From the NCBI GenBank assembly GCA_043803505.1, contig JAZDJX010000035.1, positions 1 to 33,651 of the forward strand: a stretch of 33,651 nt of DNA. Reading direction: 5' to 3'. Shown one piece after another: positions 1-8,600 of this stretch. Within the stretch, counting starts at the first letter, position 1. The number at the start of each line of letters is the position of its first letter. The position numbers were made by a program, and so were the translations under genes. This DNA comes from Candidatus Aenigmatarchaeota archaeon (GTDB taxonomy: Archaea > Aenigmatarchaeota > Aenigmatarchaeia > GW2011-AR5). The notes below the pieces were generated by a model. That model saw nothing but the letters and a program-made list of their open reading frames with translations. It had not been told where the DNA came from and ran no database searches.

Positions 1-386
1 AATCCCTGTGGCACCTGCGGAGTCATAAACTCCCATTGTGCTGCCTTTATATCCCCTTCGAGATTCCTTTCAGACGCAGGAGGTCTCATGCTGCCAAAAG
101 ACTGTTTTTGTGTGGAGCCAATGAGATTGCCATTTACATCCCTCCATTGGCCCTCTATTCCAAACAGATCAACCTCAACATTTTTTGCTGTTGTTCCGCC
201 AACATTTTGCACTTCAAGGTCAAACAAAACGGTTTCACCTGACTGGACCTCTGTCAGCGACGGCGTTGTTATGAAAGAATCTATCAGAACCCCTTTTCCT
301 GTTCCTACACCAACAACATTTTCCTGGCCAACACATCCAGAAATAATAATAAGAGCCATGACGCCAAAAAGTAAATACTTGTCCAC
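1..386 (-). CDS. Secreted lipoprotein-like surface protein, N-terminal part (gene runs off the left edge)
   Basis: Absent from the ORF track because it stays open to position 1. Reverse-strand translation from GTG 386 (alternative ATG 359; TAA lies immediately upstream) reads MDKYLLFGVMALIIISGCVGQ, a signal peptide with lipobox-like ISGC. It continues with FDLEVQNVGGTTAKNVEVDLFG, a CARDB/DUF11-like beta-sandwich signature. Confidence 0.55.
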   Translation of the reverse strand, partial: MDKYLLFGVMALIIISGCVGQENVVGVGTGKGVLIDSFITTPSLTEVQSGETVLFDLEVQNVGGTTAKNVEVDLFGIEGQWRDVNGNLIGSTQKQSFGSMRPPASERNLEGDIKAAQWEFMTPQVPQG

Positions 387-554
387 TTATGTCACCTTCT
401 AACTAATTCTTCTCCGTCTATTTAAATATTTGTTATTTTCAATGTTTCCGGAAACCATGACATTTATGTCATAAATAAGGGCGAAATTTGAAAATAAACG
501 CACAGATGGTTATACATGACATTCATTTTTGAATTCCAGGCAAAATCTGTCTAA

Positions 555-1364
555 TTATCTTACAATTTCCACGTTTGCTTTTTCCCTTACTTGGTATGAA
601 TAATCCAAGTCAATGGCTACACTATAAGTCACATATGGGCTGATGGCAGATATACTAGCCCTGTCTAAATTGAGTTTGCATGTAATCCTTGAAAATTTTT
701 TTTCTATAGCATTAAGCTCGTCAAAACTTTCGCATTCTATTATGTTGCTGTTATCCCTTATACCCAAATCCGTGTTTTTTATAGGTCCTACAAACCCATT
801 GCCGATATTTTTTATTGTTAAATAAATATACGTCTCCCTGTTGCGGACAACAAGCGGCAGGCCATCGCTGAATTCAACATCAAGGGCAATATTGCTGTCG
901 CTGTAAGAATATGATTTTGGTTTTGTCTGTATTTTGCCTATACGTCTGTTGTATTCATTCTCTGAAATTATCTCAACGGTTTGTATGGCGCTTAATGTTG
1001 CATCAAAACTTGCTTTTGTCTGTATTTCAGACGTTATACTATTCTGCTCTATTTTTTGCGGGGCAACCAACTCACATATCATGCTCTTCAATTCACCTGG
1101 CTTCATTTCTGTCAGTTGCATCTTGCATTCTTCCTTTTTATCCAAAATGCCTGTTTCAAACACTTCTATATCGATATTTCTGTATGCTTTCACATCATTG
1201 TTCATAACATCAACAAACAGATTCATTGGTTTGCCCTGGAAAACCTTTTCAGGATCTGGCTGAAGGCTTATTTCCAATCCCTTTCCACCAAACGTAGAAA
1301 CGCATGCGCCCAGAAAAATCAAGATAGCTAGAAAAAGACCGCTTTTATGCATCTGAAAAATCAT
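555..1364 (-). CDS. Secreted lipoprotein-like CARDB-type surface protein
   Basis: The track frame starts at TTG 1370. ATG 1364 or ATG 1352 (MHKSGLFLAILIFLGAC) is more plausible. It has a signal peptide with lipobox-like LGAC, a CARDB-like strand YIYLTIKNIGNGFVGPIKN, and a C-terminal motif AIDLDYSYQVRE shared with the neighbouring gene. Confidence 0.7.
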   Translation of the reverse strand: MIFQMHKSGLFLAILIFLGACVSTFGGKGLEISLQPDPEKVFQGKPMNLFVDVMNNDVKAYRNIDIEVFETGILDKKEECKMQLTEMKPGELKSMICELVAPQKIEQNSITSEIQTKASFDATLSAIQTVEIISENEYNRRIGKIQTKPKSYSYSDSNIALDVEFSDGLPLVVRNRETYIYLTIKNIGNGFVGPIKNTDLGIRDNSNIIECESFDELNAIEKKFSRITCKLNLDRASISAISPYVTYSVAIDLDYSYQVREKANVEIVR

Positions 1365-1462
1365 TTTCAAAACACCATATTGATTTCAGTTTTGAATTGA
1401 GATGCACATGAATACTATTTTTTATTGTTATGTAGGGCATCTCATCTCGTATTTTTAACATT

Positions 1463-2464
1463 TTAACGCGGGCTTATCTTCACACTTTCCGAGCCGCGCA
1501 CTTCATATGTATAATCCAGTGTAGCTGTTATATCATAAGACTGAAAAGGCACGGTTATTGGTTCTGGACTGACTTCAAACCTGAGTGATGTCTTTGTTTC
1601 GCCTTTGTAAAGAGAAATGGGCTGTTGATTTGTCCATACATCCAAGTCTTGTTCTGCTTCGCCACCAAAGGGTATTTTGGTGGAATAGTCATTATTAAAT
1701 ATCTTGTCGCTATGTTTTGAATTCAAGATTTTTGGAATTTTTATTGTCATGGAACCAATTGGTATTACTGACCCCTCAATTGTGCCGGCTTCGCTGCCTG
1801 TTTTCTTTATTTTGAAGTTTATCACAGAAGTATATCCTTCAAGCATGTAAGGCGCGCCTACAATCTCAGCATCTATTTTCACAGGTCCAGAGCCATGAAT
1901 CTTTGAAATGTCTATTGTTGTTTTTGCTCCAGCGCGCTGGCGTGCAAGCACTTCTTCCATGTCGACAACAGGAACTATGAAAATCAATGATGTATCATAG
2001 TCATAATTTACCTTGAAGTTAAGCTTTGTCGGCGTTTCAAGGTCGACTATATCAGTTTTGCTTGGTGCCTTTAGCTTATATGTTATGACCTTCTCATCAC
2101 CCGGAGGCAATTCACACACATGACCTTCATAACAAATGTCAGGTATGCACTTGCTTCCAGCTGAATTACATAGGGTTCCCTCCCTGTCCTTGAATGTCGG
2201 TGCATCAAAAAGGCTGACAGCAACATTTTCTGCCGGTTTCTGGTCATCCTTGTTTTCAATGGAAAAAAAGAATTCAATATCTCTATCAGGCAGCATTGGC
2301 GATGTCGGTATTGTTTGTACGTTTTTTATTACTACACTATCTTTTGGTCCTTCCTGGTTGATGATTGTATTTATGTTAAGCACGTCGCCACCGAAGATAT
2401 TTGGTAGACCAGTACATGCTGTCACAAGCACAATCAACGGAAGAATTATGTAATAAAGCTTCAT
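1463..2464 (-). CDS. Secreted lipoprotein-like CARDB-type surface protein (paralog of 555..1364)
   Basis: The track frame starts at GTG 2473. ATG 2464 gives MKLYYIILPLIVLVTACTG, a signal peptide with lipobox-like VTAC. CARDB-like segments are FFFSIENKDDQKPAENVAVSLFD and INFKIKKTGSEAGTIEG. It ends with ATLDYTYEVRG. Confidence 0.7.
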   Translation of the reverse strand: MKLYYIILPLIVLVTACTGLPNIFGGDVLNINTIINQEGPKDSVVIKNVQTIPTSPMLPDRDIEFFFSIENKDDQKPAENVAVSLFDAPTFKDREGTLCNSAGSKCIPDICYEGHVCELPPGDEKVITYKLKAPSKTDIVDLETPTKLNFKVNYDYDTSLIFIVPVVDMEEVLARQRAGAKTTIDISKIHGSGPVKIDAEIVGAPYMLEGYTSVINFKIKKTGSEAGTIEGSVIPIGSMTIKIPKILNSKHSDKIFNNDYSTKIPFGGEAEQDLDVWTNQQPISLYKGETKTSLRFEVSPEPITVPFQSYDITATLDYTYEVRGSESVKISPR

Positions 2465-2553
2465 CAAAATCACATTCTAATATGTTTATTAACATAACCG
2501 ATATTAAAAAGTTGTTTTCAATTGGTATTCATTAGATAAAGCAGGAGATAACA

Positions 2554-3393
2554 GTGTTTCAGGACTTTTTTCAGACATATTATATTGACCCGATAAAATA
2601 TGGAACAGGATACAATATTGTCAATACATTGACCTATGCTATAATTCTTATTCTTGCTGCCTTTGGCACATACAAACTGCTGAAAAAAATGCAGATAAAA
2701 ATCGACAAGAAATTCTTTTTTGCTATAATGCCATTCATTGCGCTTGGTGGCATGTTGCGGGCTTTTGAAGATTTATCAGAGACAATTGCAGCTGCAAAAA
2801 ATCCCTTTCTGATAACACCGTTGATTTATTTCACAGTATTTGCAATAGCTTTGCTATCCCTCATCGTGTCAATAATTGTCAGACGGTATGCAAAGATAGG
2901 CTATCACAAAACATGGTTTTCTATTGGCACTCTGTCATGCATCGTTGTTTTGTTGTCAATGGCAATGAATGCCAGACAAATTCAGCCAAATGCGCTGCTG
3001 ATTATGGCAGGCATATCAGTTATGTGGCTTGCTGTGCTTTATGGTGTGAAGCTGGTAACGTCAAAAACAAGGATGAAAGGCTTCATGAGCACAGAAAATT
3101 TTTTTCTTCTTTTTGTTCATATGTTTGACGCTACAACAACCTTTACCGCCCTGCAGTTTTTCCCGAATTATTTTGAGCAGCATGTTTTGCCAGGTTTCTT
3201 TATCAACATGTTCGGGCCTGCAGTAATATTCGTTCTCAAATTTGCGATTGTCGGTGCTGTTCTTTACTTTCTCGATAAAGATTTGAGCAAGCCGCAAGAC
3301 ATAGAAAAGCGCAATTTCTTGAAGATTGTCATTATGATTCTTGGTCTTGGTCCTGGGCTGCGTAATTTCTTCAGGCTGGTGTTGGGCGTGTGA
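2554..3393 (+). CDS. Polytopic membrane protein (possibly archaeal DUF63-like)
   Basis: GTG start with AGGAG at 2543-2547, 6 nt upstream. About 8 hydrophobic helices. The N-terminus YYIDPIKYGTGYNIVNTLTYAIIL matches my recollection of the DUF63 family; this cannot be verified here. Confidence 0.7.
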   Translation: MFQDFFQTYYIDPIKYGTGYNIVNTLTYAIILILAAFGTYKLLKKMQIKIDKKFFFAIMPFIALGGMLRAFEDLSETIAAAKNPFLITPLIYFTVFAIALLSLIVSIIVRRYAKIGYHKTWFSIGTLSCIVVLLSMAMNARQIQPNALLIMAGISVMWLAVLYGVKLVTSKTRMKGFMSTENFFLLFVHMFDATTTFTALQFFPNYFEQHVLPGFFINMFGPAVIFVLKFAIVGAVLYFLDKDLSKPQDIEKRNFLKIVIMILGLGPGLRNFFRLVLGV

Positions 3394-3450
3394 TTATTTG
3401 CGCATTACATTTGAATTACAATTTGTAGCTATTTTTGAGTAACCCAAAGC

Positions 3451-3458
3451 TTTAAATA
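3451..3458 (+). promoter_or_regulatory. Candidate archaeal TATA box (TTTAAATA) for the 3503 gene
   Basis: AAAGC-TTTAAATA lies about 45-50 nt upstream of the start codons at 3500-3509. That position fits a TATA box about 25 nt upstream of a transcription start with a short leader. Confidence 0.4.
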
Positions 3459-3502
3459 ATTATCGGTGTATTAATTACTTCAAAGTAAGTAAAAATAATG
3501 TG

Positions 3503-5110
3503 ATGATTATGAAAAAAGGATTTAGACTTTTCAAAAACTTTGAAGAAGAATCAAAGACGGAAAAAGATTTAGATACATCGCCAAAATTACCACAAGAATA
3601 TTTAGATTGGAGGAAAAATAGAAAATCGTTAGGGCATATACCAAGACCGATAGAATATTTAAAGAAAATGCCAAAATCAGAAAAATATTCTGCACTTTCA
3701 TTTTTAGGAATAACCGCACTAGCGTTCTCGTTGTCATATCTTCATCCATTTTCACAATCCAAAAAAACAGTAGCATTGCAAACAAAGCCCATAGTTGCTG
3801 AAGAAAGTGTCGCTGGTGGATATAGAGATTCATCGGAATATCCTACTACTGATGACATGGTTGCTACTCTTGGAGATACCGCAGCTTTAGATACATCGAA
3901 GATTGCCGTTGAAAATATACCAATAAACCAATCATCAGCAGCTTATGATACTGCAGCCATCGATACTACATCGAAGATTGCTATTGGAGACACATTGACA
4001 TATCCTGCTGCAGAAGGACAATATATATTTAAGAAAGGTGACAAGGCCGAAAAAATTATAAAAAATCTTTATCCTGACCTGAAAACCCCTAAAAACATAC
4101 GTGACATGGTAAATTATTTGGCAGAATTAAATGCATCAGGATTTAACAGAAAGCATTTTCTTGTAGACAATAGAACTGTTGTAGCAGAAAAGGATTCAAC
4201 AGGCATTACTGTTCGCCGTGTTTTAGAAAAACCTGATGGTGAAAAATTAGACGCAATATTTGTTGGAGACACTTTGAATTATGTGTTGGTAACACCGCCT
4301 TTAGCAGTGCCAATAAACCAATCACCAGCAGCTTATGATACTGCAGCCATTAATGTTCCAGCCGCAGATACGTCTGCAAAAGCAGCTGCCGATACATCAA
4401 TCAGTTTTACAGAAGCCTATTTCGATACAGCAGCTTCCGACTCATTATTGCCTGATGGAGTGATTTACGTATTCAAGAAAGGTGACAAGGCTGAAAATGT
4501 TATAGGAAAAATTTATGAGTTAAAAACCCCAAAAGAAAAGCGTAAAATGGTAAACTATCTTGCAAATCTGAATGCACAAAGACCGAATAGAAAGCATTTT
4601 CTTGTAGACAATAGAACTGTTGTAGCAGAAAAGGATTCAACAGGTCATGTTATTTATAGTGTTTCAAACAAACCTGACGGTGAGATGTTTGATGTGATAT
4701 TTCCAGGGGACACATTATCTTTACCTTATCCTACAGACATCGATACTACAGCCTTTGCTGTCCCAGCTGTAGATACATTATCTCATCCCGTAGATGTTAA
4801 TAAAATATATAGTTCACCTGTAAAATCAGATAGTATAAAGGTTGATACAACAAAATCGATAACATCGTCTGTAAAACCAGATAGCACAATATCTTCATAT
4901 TCAACAAAAAACGGAGACGCTTCTTATGCATCTGCTGCAGACAAAAACAACGATCATTATAAAGCTGCTTATGGAAAAAATCATGCAGATGTTATGAACT
5001 CATACAATACGTTTGTTTCACAGGGCAAGAGCGTTGAAGATGCATACAGGCTTGCAGTTGGCATGAATGAAACAAAATGGAATGCTGCACTTAATCCTAA
5101 GAACTTGTAA
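3503..5110 (+). CDS. Membrane-anchored surface protein with an internally duplicated ~130-147 aa module (LysM-like ends)
   Basis: Start is ambiguous (GTG 3500, ATG 3503, ATG 3509). One TM helix (YSALSFLGITALAFSLSYL). Two copies of PINQS.AAYDTAAI...Y.FKKGDKAE..I...Y..KTPK..R.MVNYLA.LNA...NRKHFLVDNRTVVAEKDSTG...KPDGE..D.IF.GDTL. The tail is Ser/Thr/Asp-rich. Confidence 0.8.
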   Translation: MIMKKGFRLFKNFEEESKTEKDLDTSPKLPQEYLDWRKNRKSLGHIPRPIEYLKKMPKSEKYSALSFLGITALAFSLSYLHPFSQSKKTVALQTKPIVAEESVAGGYRDSSEYPTTDDMVATLGDTAALDTSKIAVENIPINQSSAAYDTAAIDTTSKIAIGDTLTYPAAEGQYIFKKGDKAEKIIKNLYPDLKTPKNIRDMVNYLAELNASGFNRKHFLVDNRTVVAEKDSTGITVRRVLEKPDGEKLDAIFVGDTLNYVLVTPPLAVPINQSPAAYDTAAINVPAADTSAKAAADTSISFTEAYFDTAASDSLLPDGVIYVFKKGDKAENVIGKIYELKTPKEKRKMVNYLANLNAQRPNRKHFLVDNRTVVAEKDSTGHVIYSVSNKPDGEMFDVIFPGDTLSLPYPTDIDTTAFAVPAVDTLSHPVDVNKIYSSPVKSDSIKVDTTKSITSSVKPDSTISSYSTKNGDASYASAADKNNDHYKAAYGKNHADVMNSYNTFVSQGKSVEDAYRLAVGMNETKWNAALNPKNL

Positions 5111-5136
5111 AGCCGAAAAAATTTTTGGGTGTTAAA

Positions 5137-5550
5137 ATGAGTAACAAAAAAGTCAGGACAGCTCTTGATGGATATGAAAGACAACTTTTTCCTGAGAAAT
5201 TAGACGAATTAAATAAAGTTTATGATGAAGTTGGGTCTAATGGATTTGCACTTGAAAAATCGGGTACAATAATTGACGGTTATGAACTAAGAGATAGACC
5301 AACTACAAAAGATAGATATACATGGTTCTGGGGACTTCATTTCAGGACTGAAAAAGGAAAAATAGCAACATTATTTCCATGGGCACAGGACTGGGATAAA
5401 AGAGATGGAATTCAATTGGATAGGTCTATTGCAATTTATACAAAAGGCAAAGTTGATACACAAGATGTAGATAGTCTTATTGAAAAACTCTACCAAGGGT
5501 TTCTTGTGGAGAGGAAAAAAGAAACTCCAATAAGTCTTCAATCACAGTGA
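5137..5550 (+). CDS. Hypothetical soluble protein
   Basis: 137-aa ORF from ATG 5137 (the track lists TTG 5125). No motif recognised. Composition looks coding, and it converges on the giant gene. Confidence 0.55.
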   Translation: MSNKKVRTALDGYERQLFPEKLDELNKVYDEVGSNGFALEKSGTIIDGYELRDRPTTKDRYTWFWGLHFRTEKGKIATLFPWAQDWDKRDGIQLDRSIAIYTKGKVDTQDVDSLIEKLYQGFLVERKKETPISLQSQ

Positions 5551-5620
5551 TTTTGAATTCTTGAATTTTTAAAATATATTATACTAGTAATAACTCACAG
5601 CTTATGATTTAAGCATCTTA

Positions 5621-8600
5621 TTATCCACTACCAAAATGTTTGTCAAGCAAATTTTTGTAACCCCCGACATCATTATTTTTGATATTTTCTACATAATCGT
5701 AAATATCATTTGTACATCCTAGTCCATTATATGCACGGAGCGCAGCATCCATTCCATCATAATGTTTTGGAGGCTTACCAGTGCAATCTTGGTATCCATC
5801 GCCAGGTACATTATAGTCTAATCCACCATTTGCATACTGTCCTTCAAGTTTCTTCAGCCACTGTACGCCAAGCCATATGTTACAATCTACGTCATAGGAT
5901 GTTTTTTTACCTGCTTCACAATTTGCAGAATATATCATCCCGCACTCTACATCCTGATTGCTTTTTGGTGTCTTATAATATTTGCTTTTGCATTCGCTCA
6001 AACTGCTATATGGGTTATACCATGCTGGATGTACTTTTTTATTCAGCTGCATGACGCCAAAGCTGCTTCCATCATAGCTCATAAGTATGTTTGTTTCCGG
6101 ACATGTTTTCCACAATTCTGCAACCTGTTTGCATGAGCCAGCTTTTCTTTGTCCGGCAACAGCACAACAGTGTCTGAATCCACTTTCCTGTTGTACGAGT
6201 TTCAGTATAGTTTCTGTGTCTTCTCTTGAAAACCCAGTAAGTTCTGCAGCAGCAATAACATTTTCTATAATATTATCTCCTGTTACAACCTCTTTCGATA
6301 CGCAAGCCCCTATCTTCTCAACATTGTTTTCAACCCTTTTGGCGTTCGGGTCCCACTGGCATGGCAGCCCGCATACTCTACTTGCATCCCCACATTGTTC
6401 ATCGCTCAGGAAATTCTCGCACTTGGCGTTTGCGCAGGATTTGCACTCTCCAGGAAGCATCGGATGTTCAATGAAATAGCATTTTGCACCTTTCATGCTT
6501 TCGCATTTGCTTCTGGTGCATGGCATTATCCCTTTTCCGCAGCTTTCACATGTTTTTTCATCAGCATCAGCATAAGGGCCGAGAGGCGGTGTGACAAGTA
6601 TCTGCTTGTCCTTCATCACATTGACTTCGAACTTTTCCATGCTCGCTGTTACAAGTCCTGTCTTGACATCCTGCACAGCAGCTGTATGAAATTTGCACGT
6701 GAAGAAAAATATTGACTGGAATTTGTACTGGAGTATTTCTATTGCCTTGTCTTCATCAGGCAAAACAGTGCAGGTTACATCTTCCTTTTTGTCATCCGTA
6801 AATTCACATGAAACCTTTCCTGTGCAGTCCACTTTTTTGTCATCATTCCCTTCAGTAAGAAATGTGCCGATAATGCTCGGGAAATGAAGTAATATCTGGT
6901 CGCCTTTATAGAGCCTTATCGTTGCATCAGGCCTTGTGTTAAGAACAGAAATAAGCAATATGGCATTCTTGTTGCCTTCCAGTGGCTGCGGCCCCACATT
7001 CATGGAAATCTGCGCAGGCGTTGACTTGCCTACAGCACCAACAGGGCGGTATACAGTCTTTCCTTCAGATTCTCTTCTCTTTATTTCATCCCTTGACATC
7101 ACTTCAACGAAAATCGAGCTGTCTGTTGAGTATAGATATGTCATGTTGACACTGACCTTTGCAAATCTGACTTCAGCCTGCCGCTCTTCCTGCAAAGACA
7201 GCGCAAGAAAGCCTTCATATGTGATTCTGTCGCTCGCCTCTGTTGGAATATTAAATTTTTCATTTTTATCTATCTTTACATTTTTTTCCTCGCAGAATGT
7301 GTTGCAGCTGGCGCTGACCCTTATGTCTTTTGCTTCATAATCCTTGCCCTCATTTTTTATTACAGTGATAACAGAAAATTCCTCCCAGCCTGGCACGCTC
7401 TCAGGAAGTGCATCTATGCTCATAAACTCAAGCGCCTTGGGGTAATCCAGTGGATTCTCTGGCCTTACATTTCTCATCTGCTGTCGAGCATAAAACTCAG
7501 TTGGGTTTGTCGCGAGGAGCCACACATCACCGACTGCGCCTTTCAGGGCATTGAAGGCAATGGAAACCGGAGCCTTTACTTGTTCCTTGATAATCTGGTA
7601 ATAGCCTGAATACGGGCCGAGCGCAACGTAGCCGAAAACAAGCACCACAACAGCAAGTGTCCTAACGCTTTTGTAGCCGCCGACCTGGTAAATCTGGAAA
7701 ACGCCTACGAACAGGAATAATATCAGGCCGCCCAGAACAAAGAACCATGTGTTGCCTATGTTTGCCTGGGTAAGCCCGAACGAATACATGAAAATTATCA
7801 CAGCATACGCTAGCATTGCGCCTGATGCAAGATGCGTTATAAAGTCAAATGGCTGTTGTACAGCCTCTATATTTATTATAAACAAGATGACAGCACCCAT
7901 TGCCGGCATTATAAGCAGCAGCAGCGGATAATATCCAATCCACGAAAGCACAAAATAAAACTGAATTATGACTATGGCAGTGCCTACTGTCCACGGCCCG
8001 ATGACTATGTTTATGATGTTATGCAGCAGGTTCTCATAGACATCACCCACTGTCATCATACCGCGGCTCATGGACTTAAGAAAGCGCAATCCCCTAAATG
8101 CAGTTGTTCTGCCCCTTGTAACAAAATCCTCGGCTATTTCACTGGCATAACCTTTCAGTTCGTTTTTAAGGGCTTCTTGATCATCTGAATTAAGTGGAAT
8201 TTTCCAGCGTCTTGCAACGCCTATTGTAACAGTTTCTGCCTTGTCTTCAAGATATTTTTTGAGTTGTGCAGATGCTGCATTCAGGTCATTGTTAAAATTT
8301 TTTTCAAAATCGTCCCGTGCCTTAATAAATTCACTTAATATAATACTTTCCTGTTTCATTGCATTCAGCATAGCCGGATCTATAGCATTGGCACCACCTG
8401 CCGCGCTTTCGTGCTTGCCAACCTGGTTTAGCATGTCCATTGAATTCATGCCACTTCCTTTCCATAACCCGTGTTGCTTCCGCATAAGCCTTTTCAATTC
8501 TTTTTCTGCGTCCTTTGCATTTTTTTTCAATCCCTCTAAACGCACAACCTCTGTACCTTTTTTGCCAATTTTTGAGTTGGCGTATTTCAGATTAAAGTCC

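Noticed and set aside
36-402. Plus-strand track ORFs of 68 and 104 aa at the left edge
   Set aside because: Their products are low-complexity with no signal. The opposite strand carries a much more convincing edge-truncated lipoprotein/CARDB-like gene, so these are antisense shadows.
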